A DNA stretch of 63,724 nt, the filler included, from Octopus bimaculoides (lineage: Eukaryota), in the NCBI RefSeq assembly GCF_001194135.2. It is 6 parts of 5 records of this genome, joined end to end, with 100 filler letters (N's around TTAATTAATTAA, not from the genome) between each part and the next. Parts side by side here need not be neighbours in the genome. Positions count along the whole stretch, not along the records: positions 28,265 to 52,026 come from NC_068990.1; 5 more parts are not named here. One strand, 5' to 3'. The position numbers were made by a program, and so were the translations under genes. The notes below the pieces were generated by a model. The model saw nothing but the letters and a program-made list of their open reading frames with translations, was not told where the DNA came from and did no database searches. Every line of letters begins with the position of its first letter. Position 1 is the stretch's first letter. This document shows, one piece after another, positions 39,031 to 51,785 of this stretch.

Positions 39031-40774
39031 TGCAGTAACAGTTCTACTTGTTTGCCACTTTAGTGGGTAAAACATTGAAAACAATATTGTCTCAGCCCCC
39101 CACACCACCACTTAATTTATGCAGTGGGTCATCCTAGTTTTTTATTATGCCAATTTGGAAGATATTTCACCACTTGGTTGAATGATTGGTGTGGTAGATT
39201 ATCAATTATACAGTAAATCATGGTTTAAAAGAGTGGTTGCTAAGGTAACCGTTACTGCTACATCTAAACACGAGTTATGTTTACTAGAGTTTGCTTTTTA
39301 CAACTTCCCCGAATTTTGGTAAGACAAGAATCTCGACGTTGGTAAAAAATACTAGAGTAGTTGTTTCATGCATATTTTGTTATATATTGTTGCTATTGTT
39401 GTTTAGAAATAGGTCTGCTATAATGAAGAGAACCTATGTTTACACCCAGGCTTCTTGGATCATGAAGATCTGTTCAACAGCGTTCCATCCATGATAACCC
39501 CTAACTTCTTTTCAGAAATAATATTAAATCTACAACTATAATAGCCAATATGCTGTTCCGATATTTCAATCAGTTGAGTGCGATTTTAGGGAGTTTGTTT
39601 TCTACTTCTTTGACTGATTGTGGTTTGTGGTTCTCAACGATGGAGTGTCTCTTGAACAATTAATATGAACGGCGTCTGTGATTTTAATGCTAGATCTTTT
39701 GGTTCAGGTAGAGTTCTTATATCTGTGATTGTAGTAAAGTTGATAATGGTTTTCTATAGTTTTTGCCAGTTGATCAATAGTGTGATGACGTGTATTTTAC
39801 TATGCTTGGTGTAGCCGAGAGACAATTAGGCCAAGTCTATCATTTGCCATTTCCTTCCGAGAACCAAATCGTTGTTCAATTAAACGATTCATACCAGCAT
39901 TTCTTAGACTGGCTCGAGGAATTGGCGCCAAAGCCGTGCAATTCCCGGTCTGTAAATGGAAACCTTAATTTCCTCTTCCTTTTGCTGTTAGAATATCTCA
40001 TATGACGCATAATGAAATTGCGTATTCGCTTGAGTTATTAAAAGAAGACAAAGAGTTTTGTTATGAAGTCATTGTGTATGCCACTGTGCACATTTTCTTG
40101 CTTATATATACTTTTATATGCATATTTTTGTATGTTTTCATATACGTGTACATATTTGTATAAGTAAATGTGTATGTGACCGTGCGTGCGTTTATTCAAC
40201 TTTCAAAAGTATATTATTTGTAAAAGCCACCAACTGTACAGAAGCTCTTTTGTAACGGTTCTTCGTTATAATTGTTTGTCATCTTTGTGATGTTATTGCT
40301 TATGTTGTTATTGGCTATGATTGTTCTTTTTATGTGTTGTAACGAGATACCTTTTGTGATACTTTTTATAGTATTGCCGATTTGTCAGTTTTTGTATAAC
40401 ACTATATTTCCAGTCTTCCATTGCCTTAAACTATCTCTGTTTATTCATGCCATTATAATGCATTTTTCATCGTTTTCTTTTCACAAATATTTCGCCCCAT
40501 TGGCAGAAATTCTAAATTAAATTCCTGTTTTTACTTAATTTCATTAGACAAATGCATTTTAAAACAAAACTTTAAAAAGCTGTCAGATTTGTTCAACTAT
40601 ATGTTTGTGGAAACATGCCACTACACGTCCCGGCTGTGATTTTGATATGTAAGAGACGGCTGGTTGAAGTGTACATATTATTCAAATGCCAAAATGCATC
40701 GCGCGTTCTACCCTCACCCGCAATTTTAGGTGAAAGATACGATAAATGTAACAGGTGGACCAATACATATGATA

Positions 40775-41974
40775 TAACTATAGGCTGAAAAATTCTTATG
40801 TCCAAGCATACTGTCATAGAGTGTGACCAAATGTGGTTTATTTTTCAGCATAGTCCCATTTGTGATCCTCTTTCTTCGGAGTTGCAGTGCTTGGATCCTA
40901 TTAAGGAAGAAGCTTTCATCTTGTTGGCTAAAATAGTCATCAGCAGCAGATATTACGCCACCATCACTGTGATACTGGTTCCCGGCCAAGTGTTTTTTCA
41001 TGTTGGGGAACAGATGATAGTCAGACAGAGCCAATCAGGAGAAGAAAGTGATCAACCAATTCAAAGTTACAGTTGCGAAGAACAGCCATTGAAGCAAAGG
41101 ACTTGTATCCTGGAGCATTATTTGAAACAAGAACCCATTCGTCAGTTTTCCTGGGTGTTTGGTGTTGACAGCCGCTCGTAACTGCCTTAGTAAGTTGGCA
41201 TAGTACTCTCTATTGATGGTATGCACCTCTTGAAGAGAGTCAATAAAGTCAATTTCTTTTGAATCCCAAAAACCTGAAGTCACCAACTTCCTTGCAGATG
41301 AAACAATCTCGGTCGCATTTGGAGAGGATGAGGCGGGATGTTTCCACTGCATAGATTGTCTCTTTATCTCTGGTTCAAAGTGATGAAGCCAATACTCATC
41401 TTGAGGTAGGAAACGTTAAAGGAAAACAGCTGGATTTGCCTGAATCAATATCAGATTTTTCCCGTGATGTGATCAGCCTGGTGCACTTTTAAACATGCCA
41501 AGTTCATTATGCCAAGTTCATTATGCAGAACATTCTCAAGTCTCTTACGGGATACGCACATGGCATTGGCCATTTGATTTATTGTCAATCGCTTGTCATC
41601 TATCAACAAGTGTTGAACACGATCAATGTTTTCATCGGTTGGGGAAGTCGCAGGATGTCCAGATCTTGGGACGTCTCCAGGACTCTCCTATTCCCTTCTA
41701 AATCCAGGCGCCTACTTTTGCACTATCGATAAAGCTGGAGCGTCATTCCCTGATGTATCAACCATGTCCGCATGTGGGTTAAACCGTTTTTGTGCAGGTA
41801 TTTGGTAACAACACTATGTCAAATTTCTGCTAATTACTTTTGAAGTCTTCTTTGAACAACAATCAAATGGCAAAAAACAATGCATTTATTAATAAGAGGA
41901 GTTGAAATTACTGTATGCAAGATTTCACTCATTCATAGTGAGCCTATGAATTTTTCAGCTCACCGTCGCATGTA
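40775..41974 (-). mobile_element. Decayed near-complete mariner element (transposase pseudogene, both TIRs)
   Basis: Minus-strand fragments: HADMV..GNDAPALSIVQK..PRSGHPAT..ENIDRV..DDKRLTINQ..LHNELGM; DEYWLHHFEPEIKRQSMQWKHP; SDYHLFPNMKKHLAGNQY. Matching ends gctgaaaaattc at 40784-40795 and its reverse complement at ~41948-41959. Confidence 0.88.
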
Positions 41975-42351
41975 CATACACGCTCACGTATCTGAGTATG
42001 AGGATGTGCATATATAATCATGTATATGCGTATATTTCTTTCCTATGTAACTGTAAAGGTACATAAGTAATTCATGGGCTTACGACTTGGAGCATAGCAA
42101 AACGTGAAACATGCCATTTTATACATACTCACACATATACACACTCGTGCATGTCTATATACTGTAGAGAACGTATGTGTCTATGTGTTTGTGGGTGGAA
42201 GTTTGTACCTGTACATGCAAGCATGTGTGGTAATACTTATGATAAATAAATACATACATGTATACATACATGCATATAAATACCTATATATATATATATA
42301 TATATTTGTTTTGCAAGATTTTTTATGTGAAATCGTGTGTTGAAACAGATG

Positions 42352-42565
42352 TTGTTGTACTTGGGGATGGTCATATTGCCAGTTTAGCCAATAAAAACAC
42401 ACGCACTGTATATTTGGTGTTAATTTTTTTTTTTTCAGCTTTATATTACATTAATCTTTAAGATTAGTGTAATATAAAGCTGAAAAAAAAAAATTAACAC
42501 CAAATATACAGTGCGTGTGTTTTTATTGGCTAAACTGGCAATATGACCATCCCCAAGTACAACAA
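42352..42565. repeat. Near-perfect ~107-bp-arm palindrome centred at 42459
   Basis: Left arm ttgttgtacttggggatggtcatattgcc..aatctt mirrors right arm aagatt..ggcaatatgaccatccccaagtacaacaa. Differences are one substitution and T12 vs A11. Confidence 0.92.
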
Positions 42566-42649
42566 TANNNNNNNNNNNNNNNNNNNNNNNNNNNNNNNAT
42601 ATATATATATATACACACACACACACACGCACACGCACTTAATGCGTAT

Positions 42650-42690
<41 letters not shown>

Positions 42691-43377
42691 TGAATAACCT
42701 TATTTGAGCATTTTCACTTCCACACTCACACAAACATGCCCAAACAAGAGTATGAATACACACACACAACACTCACTGCTAACATGTAAACTACATGTCA
42801 GGGCTAATATACATTCTCATTCACATGCGGGAAACACAAGCGAGACATCGTTGACGTCGCATTAATTAAAAAGCCTCACCGTTTTGCGTTTTCATTGAAT
42901 AAAATTTCCCTTCATAGTCACTAAATATGCAGCATGCAAGAACATTTATGCTATGAAATTACAGAACAGCGCCGAACATCAAAGCTTTTGAAATTCTCTC
43001 AGCTACAAAACGATCGCCGAATTCAACACTGTTCACTTTGCCTCCAATTGTTTCTGCTGCTGTAGACGTATTGTGCGTCCGATACAGAGACAAGGAATAG
43101 AATCTGGCACGTTTCTATTTCACGCAATAAGCAATCCATTTCCTTTGTGCTACACTGCCGTTTTTGTAAATATACTAGATTAGGTCTAATTATGGGGAAC
43201 TATGATTAAAGTTTATATGGATGCATGGAGCTCTGTATGTACGTATGTATATATGTATATATATATATATATATATGTGTATGTATGTATGTATGTATGT
43301 ATGTACGGACGCATATATGTATGTATGTATGCTGTATGCATGTATAAAAGCATGTATGTATGAATGTACAGATGTAT

Positions 43378-43600
43378 GTGTGAAGGCGCAGGGTCTAGTG
43401 GTTAAGGTGTTTCACTTACGATTGCTAGATCGTGGTTTCAATTCCTGGACCGGGTGCTCTTGAGTAAAACACTTCATCTCATGTTGCTCTGCGATAACTT
43501 CGACACCTGGCGCGTGGTGCACCATGTACCTGTTCAAGCAACGTCAGTTTTATGGAGGAAATGAGTCAATGTACAGTACATACATTTAATCATTATAAAC
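43378..43600 (+). mobile_element. SINE family C-related copy
   Basis: gtgaaggcgcagggtctagtggttaaggtgttt..ggtttcaattcc..ttgagtaaaacacttcatctcatgttgctc; similar copy at 53490-53700. Confidence 0.65.
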
Positions 43601-43959
43601 AAATCATTTACCTTTAATCTCGACTTGTTTAAGTTCAAACTGTCGTGGCTTTTCACAGTAAAGAGATTTCCAGGATTATGTGAATGACTTAATGCGTGTG
43701 TACATATAGGTATATATATGGATGTAGAAGTATTATTGTAAAGGATGTGGATGTTTTGTTAGTGCAGTAATATGTATGCTATATGCACGAATGTGATTTT
43801 TGCGTTTATATATATTCCAGGAAAATTAAATAGAAAATATTTGGAATGCTTCTCAAATATTCTCTTTTCTATTCGATCGATAGAACACAGAATACTGCGT
43901 GATTTATCTTGAGAGGGCCTGTCATATGGACTCGTGGTGCATAAAAGCACTCATATTTA

Positions 43960-44355
43960 TATCGTTGACAGATGAGAACCGTTTGCTACGGCCGCTGGAA
44001 TTGCCAGTTCATATGATTTCACCCTGTTTTGGGCTCCTCAGTGACACACATCTAGCGACGTAGCAACCGAATCGACCGTCAATGATAAATAGCTTGTTCG
44101 TGAAATGAACGTGCAAGTGGTTGAGCACTCCACAGACACATATACCTTTAACGTGGTTCTCAGGGAGATTCAGCGCGTCAGGGAGTGTGACAAGGTTGGC
44201 CCTTTGAAATACAGGTACTACTCATTTTTGCCAGCTGAGTGGATTGGAGTAGCGTGAAATAAAGTGTCTTGCTCAAGGACACAACGCGTCGCCGGGAATT
44301 GAATTCACGACCTTACGATCCTGAGCCGAATGCCCTAACCACTAAGCTACGCGCC

Positions 44356-44360
<5 letters not shown>
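43960..44360 (-). mobile_element. SINE family C, well preserved
   Basis: Co-linear with 5560-5876 but retains CpGs (cacaacgcgtcgccgggaattgaattcacgaccttacgatcc). Confidence 0.85.
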
Positions 44361-44398
<38 letters not shown>

Positions 44399-44689
44399 TT
44401 GTATGTATGTGTGTGTATGTGTGTGTGTGTGTGTCTTTGCGTCTGTGTTTGTCCCCACCACCGCTTGACAACCTCTAAGCAAAAGAAATCGATAGAATAA
44501 AGTGCCTGACTTCAAGAAAGAAAAAGAAGAAAAAAAAGGAAAAAGAAAGGAACTGGGGTCGATTCATTCGTCTAAAAATTCTTCAAGGTGGTGCCCCAGC
44601 CTGGGTGCAGGCTAATGATTAAAACAAGTAAAAGATCATCGATAACACACAGTGTTAGTGACAACATGACTGCTTTCAAATTTTGGCAC

Positions 44690-44845
44690 AAGGCCAGGAA
44701 TTACAGGAAAGAAGTTAAATCAGTTACATCGACCGCAATGTTCAACTGGTATTTATTTCATCGACCCCGAAAGGATGAAAGGCAAAGTCGACCTCGGTGG
44801 AATTTGAACTCGGTACTGAAAGACAGACGAAATGCCGCTATGCAT
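44690..44845 (-). mobile_element. SINE family B, partial
   Basis: atcgaccccgaaaggatgaaaggcaaagtcgacctcggtggaatttgaactc..gacagacgaaatgccgcta. Confidence 0.8.
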
Positions 44846-45591
44846 TCTGTCCGGTGATGACAAGATTACTGCCACTGCGATAAAACTGTTACCGCCAACC
44901 AAACAGCAATTGTTATCCCATGCTATCTCATCTTTATCCACCACCACTGTCTCCACTCGATGTTATACCATCACAACGTATCATCTACTCCTGCGACAAC
45001 TACAATACACTTCATATATTTCTACTGTCACTGCTACTCCTGCTACTACATATTCACATCACTCCTACTACTTCTGCCCGTCCCATCATTTTTCTATCAC
45101 TCCCACAAATGACTCCCACCACATCTACCAACAACGCAGTGGTTATTATAGTCTACTTCGACCGCTACTGCCCCTGTCACCACCACCGCCGCCACCACCA
45201 CCTCAAAAGTTACTGTAACCGCTCCTTCCTCTATCACGATCGTCATCGCATTTTAACTTTATCTTCATCAACGACGGGGGTCTCTCTACTCGCTCATTCG
45301 GTCTGCTAGAAATATTCAGTATAATTGCTTCAAATTACAACCTATCGCTTCTCTGTCCCACAGTTTGTCTGTCTGTCTGTCTGTCTGTCTCTCTTCCTCC
45401 CTCTCTCTCTTTCTGCCCACTCTCTCTCTCTCTTTCTCTCCGTCTCTGTCTCTGTCCGTCACTTTTTTTTCTTTTTCTCTTATTTCAGTGGAAGGACACA
45501 TTGGACAATGTTGGCCTTGATAAATAAATAGACGGAATATTGAATGTCTGATACCTCTGTTTAGCCGCAGGTCAATCTTGCAGCTAAGAGC

Positions 45592-45626
<35 letters not shown>

Positions 45627-46159
45627 AATTTACTTCAATAACAACCAGATACCACCATCACCACCACCACCGCCACCACCATCACCAACACCAACAGCAC
45701 AATCAACATTAACCCAGCCTCTTCTTAGATTATTCGCCACATTGCATCTCTTACTACTACCAGCTCCGGTAAATCTTCCAGGACCGCCTTCCTTATTATT
45801 TCTATACATCGCACAAATTACCAATACTGCTACTTCTGTCGTTATAACGATCGCACACGCAACGCTGTAACAAAAACGGCAACGACAAAAACAACAGTTG
45901 CTATCACCCGCTCCGCTCTTTCCAAGCCAATGCGGGATGCTCTCGGTGGTCGTTTAATTTGCTAGAAATACCTACCAAAGCACTTTCAAATCACATCCTA
46001 CCACCTTACAGTATTCAAAAACAGATAACGTTGTATAGTGTAGACCCAGATCTACTATATCAATGTTTTTAGCCACTTTTACCGATAAACAAACCCCTTA
46101 GATACCAATTTTACTTGGATGGACCCTCGTAGTCATTTGATGTTTAACACTTTTATTAT

Positions 46160-46385
46160 GGACACAGGAGTGGCTGTGTGGCAAGAAGCTTGTTTTCCAA
46201 CCACATGGTTCCAGGTTCAGTCCTACTGCGTGGCACCTTGGGCAAGAGTCTTCTGCTATAGCAACGAACCGACCAAAGCTTTGTAAGTGGATTTAGTAGA
46301 CGGAAACTGAAAGAAGCCCGTCGCATATATATATTCATATATATATATATATATATATGTGAGTATGTGTGTGTCTGTCCCCCCC
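46160..46385 (+). mobile_element. SINE family A, 5' half running into a gap
   Basis: gacacaggagtggctgtgtggcaagaagcttg..gacggaaactgaaagaagcccgtcg. Confidence 0.88.
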
Positions 46386-47721
46386 NNNNNNNNNNNNNNN
46401 NNNNNNNNNNNNNNNNNNNNNNNNNNNNNNNNNNNNNNNNNNNNNNNNNNNNNNNNNNNNNNNNNNNNNNNNNNNNNNNNNNNNNNNNNNNNNNNNNNNN
46501 NNNNNNNNNNNNNNNNNNNNNNNNNNNNNNNNNNNNNNNNNNNNNNNNNNNNNNNNNNNNNNNNNNNNNNNNNNNNNNNNNNNNNNNNNNNNNNNNNNNN
46601 NNNNNNNNNNNNNNNNNNNNNNNNNNNNNNNNNNNNNNNNNNNNNNNNNNNNNNNNNNNNNNNNNNNNNNNNNNNNNNNNNNNNNNNNNNNNNNNNNNNN
46701 NNNNNNNNNNNNNNNNNNNNNNNNNNNNNNNNNNNNNNNNNNNNNNNNNNNNNNNNNNNNNNNNNNNNNNNNNNNNNNNNNNNNNNNNNNNNNNNNNNNN
46801 NNNNNNNNNNNNNNNNNNNNNNNNNNNNNNNNNNNNNNNNNNNNNNNNNNNNNNNNNNNNNNNNNNNNNNNNNNNNNNNNNNNNNNNNNNNNNNNNNNNN
46901 NNNNNNNNNNNNNNNNNNNNNNNNNNNNNNNNNNNNNNNNNNNNNNNNNNNNNNNNNNNNNNNNNNNNNNNNNNNNNNNNNNNNNNNNNNNNNNNNNNNN
47001 NNNNNNNNNNNNNNNNNNNNNNNNNNNNNNNNNNNNNNNNNNNNNNNNNNNNNNNNNNNNNNNNNNNNNNNNNNNNNNNNNNNNNNNNNNNNNNNNNNNN
47101 NNNNNNNNNNNNNNNNNNNNNNNNNNNNNNNNNNNNNNNNNNNNNNNNNNNNNNNNNNNNNNNNNNNNNNNNNNNNNNNNNNNNNNNNNNNNNNNNNNNN
47201 NNNNNNNNNNNNNNNNNNNNNNNACCACTAATTATAGTAATAATAGCAATAATAATAATAAAGAAGTACCCTCCACCTATTATCCGGTTGCTAACACTCA
47301 GGTAGTTTCAATCAAAACCACATGGTGAAAGGATTTCACTTTTCATTGCACCTCGAATGACCCCTGAAATATCACGAAATCAAATTTTTCTCTCCAAGCC
47401 CCTACCCCCATTTATACTAAAATATATATGTTCATGAAACAAAAAAAAAAAAAGAAATAAAATAAAATGCAACCAAATAAAATTAAGTTAGCTTTGAAGT
47501 TATACAAACAGCCATCAACGAAACAGGAAACCGAGTGTGCAGTGAAGTAGCAAATTGAATATCTACGTCTCACCTTCCTGAGGTGATAAAACAAATTCCA
47601 AATATGATACGAGGCAAATTGAATAGAAATTCAGTAGGGGTCAATTGTGTTTTCTTGTCCTTTCGAGGTTGGTAAAATACAGTACCAGTCAAATACTGCG
47701 GTTAACTAATATTCCCATAAG

Positions 47722-47922
47722 GTAAGGCGGTGAGCTCGTAGAATCGTTAGCACGCCGGACAAAATGCTTACTCTGTCTCTACGTTCTGAGTTCAAATCCT
47801 GCCGAGTTCGATCTTGCCTTTCAGGGGTCGATAAAATAAGTAGCATTTGACAACTGGGATTGATGTAATTGACTAGCCCCTGCCCTAGACTTACTGGCCT
47901 TGTGCCAAAATTTGAAACCAAT
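47722..47922 (+). mobile_element. SINE family B
   Basis: taaggcggtgagctcgtagaatcgttagcacgccggacaaaatgctta..gttctgagttcaaatcc..ggggtcgataaaataagta. Confidence 0.85.
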
Positions 47923-48789
47923 ATTCGTATGCAGTAAATGGGATGTGAACGGAATTATATAATAGAAGCGAAAACGATAGATACCTTTCCTCACGCAAAT
48001 TCATGGTTTTGTAGCATAAATCTGCGTGAGGAAGATCGCTGGACCTGCTAGAAATAGTAGTCAAATCGCCTCCATATCACACCCTTCTGTTCCGAAAAAT
48101 CAGGGGATAATGTAGCTCGATATGTCATTGTCTTCAAATAAGGTGGGGATGGTCATGGCTAATACACATTTGATAACAAATCTGCTCGATCAACGCTAGC
48201 TTTGGACGCAACAGTAACATCAATAAATGTTCTAAACCAGTGATTCTCAAACGAATTTAACTATCACCCGTTTTCCTTTACGAGCATTATTCCAACACGC
48301 CTCTCACGCCCTACCTTCGACTTAATACCCTGGCCTCAAGGTAGGTATATGTACCCACGGTCAGGCGTTAGTAACTGTTATCGAAACCTAGTTTGACGCT
48401 GATAACTATTTACCACGGCACACGCTACTATTGTACCTCATATATACCCCATTGCTAAAATTTATGTTTATATTTCAATTTATAGTTCCATTTTCTATAT
48501 ACTTACGCACACACTCTCGCACACGTACATACATTGATTTCTCTGTTTATATGTCCCTTTACATATCTTTGTACACATGGGATGATTATGAGATTAACAG
48601 AAGAAACTCACAGCTAGAATCAACACCGTTTAAGTATGTACACATGGATATATAGATATATATGAACAAACAAGTCACGTTACATAATGCTACAGGTGCA
48701 GTGACCGTCTTTACTGCATGTATAGAAACGTCCACAAAGTTTGACAACGTATTTAGTTTATACTTCCGCTTGTGGGATAACTTTTGCCT

Positions 48790-49400
48790 TATCAGTTTCA
48801 GTCATTAGACTGCGGCCTTTCTGGGGCAAGGCCTTGAGGAATTGCAGTCGAAGAATTGTAGTCGAAGAATTGTAGTTAAGGCGGTGAGCTGGCAGAAACG
48901 TTAGCACGCCGGGCGAAATGCTTAGCGGTATTTCGTCTGCCGTTACGTTCTGAGTTCAAATTCCACCGAGGTCGACTTTGCCTTTCATCCTTTCCGGGTC
49001 GATAAATTAAGTACCAGTTACGCACTGGGTCGACTTTGTCTGTTCTTGTTTGTCCCCTCTATGTTTAGCCCCTTGTAGGCAATAAAGAAATAACAATTGT
49101 AGTCGAACGAATCAACCCTAGTGCTTATTTTTGCGTTAAATCCTGATGCTTATTCTATCAAACGTTTTGGTCGAACCGTTAAGTTACGGAGGCGTAAACA
49201 TACCAACACCGGTTGTCAAACGGTGATAGGGGACAAACACAGACACAAAGACACATAGTTATATATACATATATACGACGGACTTCTTTCAGTTTCCGTC
49301 TACCAAATCCACTCACAGGCTTTGGTCGGCTCGAGACTATAGTAGAAGACACTTGCCCAAGGCGCCATGCAGTGGGACTGAACATGAAACCTTCTGGTTG
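48790..49400 (-). mobile_element. SINE family A interrupted by a family B SINE
   Basis: A-family 3' end at 48790-48876 resumes at 49094 and continues to the head region (~49400). Confidence 0.8.
48878..49093 (+). mobile_element. tRNA-derived SINE family B, young full-length copy
   Basis: AAGGCGGTGAGCTGGCAGAAACG (A-box-like), GAGTTCAAATTCC (B-box-like), tail caataaagaaataa; flanking duplication aattgtagt. Confidence 0.92.
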
Positions 49401-50045
49401 AGTAGCATGCTACTGTGGTCTTGATTTTCATTTTTAACAAGAAAAGAATAAAAGATAAAAGATATAAAGTATATAATCTTTTCTATTCTAGGTACAAGGC
49501 CCGAAATTTGGGGGGAGAGGGCCAGTCGATTAGATCGACCCAGTACGCAACTGGTACTTAATTTATCGATCTTGAAAAGTTGACCTCGGTGGAATTTATG
49601 AAGAAAGTAATGCAATAGAGAAGTATGACCCACAGGGCGTTGACGAAAACGTGCTACGTCATTTTAGTTGTAATACCTATTTTGAGAACAAGTCCTATTG
49701 AATTAGTGATTTAGTCGTTCATTAAAGAAGCGAAAACAGACTGAGCTAAGATCAATGGACAGAATAAAATCTTCGTGAATTTAAGGCCAAATTTGAGAAA
49801 GGAAATAAGTTACTTCGCCACGAACTTTATGGAGCTAGTGATACACCAGTTCTTGTTTTCAGATAAAATTAAGCAAGCAAAAATAAGGCACAATTGCCGT
49901 TTCTACTCCGTTTCTGGCATTTGAGCTATTTATCTCAATGTTATCAGAAGTGGCACTAGTTTTGGTTGTAGGAGTAGCAATTTTAGTTGCTGAGTTTCTC
50001 ACATTAAGTAATAATATGGGTTTATATATACATATAAGAGTGTGC

Positions 50046-50091
<46 letters not shown>

Positions 50092-50221
50092 TCGCACGCC
50101 CGCATATCTTGTAAGAACAATAAACGTAAAATGAACAAAGCAAGGACAAAAAGGTGGAGGAAATAGGGGCAGGGGATGGCATACTTGGTATTGTCGGGGT
50201 AGGAGGAAGAAAAGGAAAGCT

Positions 50222-50335
50222 GAGGTACTTGATGTAGGCCTCCGTGTTGAGTCTGAGGTCGTGTGGGAAGATGAATGGAGGCATAACATCATCATCACAA
50301 GTGATCACTCCAAACGCCATGATGTTGACTAGAAG
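50222..50335 (-). mobile_element. maT (DD37D-type) transposase fragment
   Basis: VNIMAFGVITCDDDVMPPFIFPHDLRLNTEAYIKYL resembles the V.VFGVV.SDG..MPPF.F..G....A.Y segment of maT-type transposases. Confidence 0.6.
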
Positions 50336-50652
50336 TTTGATTCTTGTCACGCTCGGTACATTGTTGGGGACAATCTGTCCTCAGATTGACACCCAAAATC
50401 ACCGAAATATTTGTATTGGAGCTTCCTGCGCGAATGCCAAGCACTACAAATTTTCCAAATTTCCAGTACAAGTTTCCAAATTACTAGCAGAGTAAATTGC
50501 GTTATGGTACTGTTTTTCTCACAGACGGTGCCCAACTGGCCCTACTATACTGTGTAGTCGAGAAAAAAGCGCATGCGCGAAATTAAGAATATAAAATGGC
50601 AACAATTTATCCATCGTATATTGTATATGTATATATACATATATGTGTTTGT

Positions 50653-50699
<47 letters not shown>

Positions 50700-50907
50700 T
50701 GAATCGACGCTTGTACTTATGTGTTGTTAAGCTTGGTACTTGCTCTATTGGTCGCTATTGCCGAAACGCTAATGTTACGCTAATGTTACGGAGACGTAAA
50801 CACACTAGCACCGGTTGTCTAGTGGTGGTGGTAGTGCTGGTGGGACAAACACTCATTCACACCCACATACTCAAACATATACACGTCCGCACATACATAC
50901 ATATATA

Positions 50908-51323
50908 CATGATGATGGCCGTCCACTCGTGACCGAGGAAGACCATTGCCGACCTTCAGGAACATTCTGCGCTCTAGTACTAACTTACATTTTGCATTTA
51001 CGGCTCCGTTGGTGGCTAATGAGCCCTGCCCTTGATAAGCATACACGACTGCAAACATTGCAGATTAAGCTTTCCCCATTCGCTATACGAGCCGTGCGCT
51101 TTCGCGCAGCTCACTTAAGTTCTTCATGCTGGATACGTGCTCTCTCAAAAGTGTCGATCCCCTCCTTAACCTGCTTCCGCCATCCGTGGCGATGACAGGC
51201 ATTGTTATCTCAGTCAGTGTCCTGCATATCACAGGCCTTTAATGAAGACTTGACACAGTCCTTAAAACGCAGCCTAGGTTTCTGCCGGAGTCTCCTTCCA
51301 TTCACAAGTTCTCCATATGGCAT
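50908..51323 (-). mobile_element. RTE-clade LINE 3' end
   Basis: YGELVNGRR.R.KPRLRFKDCVKSSLKAC..W RK.VKEG..FERARI.H.ELK*AARK..LICNVCSRVCLSRAGLISHQRS*, followed by a 3' UTR and an (ATC)n tail. Confidence 0.85.
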
Positions 51324-51700
51324 ACACACACACATACATACATACATACATACATAGACATGAGTAAATAGACAAATAAATAGGCGTCTCATAAAACATC
51401 GTTTTATGCTTATTCTAACTTGAAAAGTATATATTTTTTATTAACTGACATTTTTTATATTTCAGGTTCTATATGTGACTGTTTAATTATGCTATGTACA
51501 AAAGAATCTTTGGAACTGTCTGAATTCCCTTACTGACCACAGACCCGAATTCCTAAGGTATTTTTCGATGTTACAATAGGCACAATGCCTGACATTTATA
51601 GGAGGGTATAGTCGATTACATCGACCCCAGAGTTTTACTGGTACTTAATTTATTGACCCCGAAAGGATGAAACGCAAAGTCGACTTTGGTGAAATTTGAG

Positions 51701-51785
51701 CCGGGCATGTAGCGTAGTGGTTAAGAGTTCGATTCCAAGCAGTGACCTGAACAACAACAACAACAACAATAATAATAATAATTAA
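51701..51785 (+). mobile_element. Internally deleted tRNA-like head of the 1011-1345 family, followed by (AAC)n(AAT)n
   Basis: gtagcgtagtggttaagag|ttcgattccaagcagtgacctgaacaacaac..aataataat aligns with 1011-1070 plus 1127-1168. Confidence 0.65.

Noticed and set aside
39280-40010. Complex non-repetitive stretch with short ORFs
   Set aside because: No recognisable protein motif or splice structure; possibly an old TE but unassignable.
46335-47328. Long ORFs spanning N runs (also 11955-12950, 25522-26783, 59980-61209 and others)
   Set aside because: Composed of X and microsatellite translations; artefacts of gaps.
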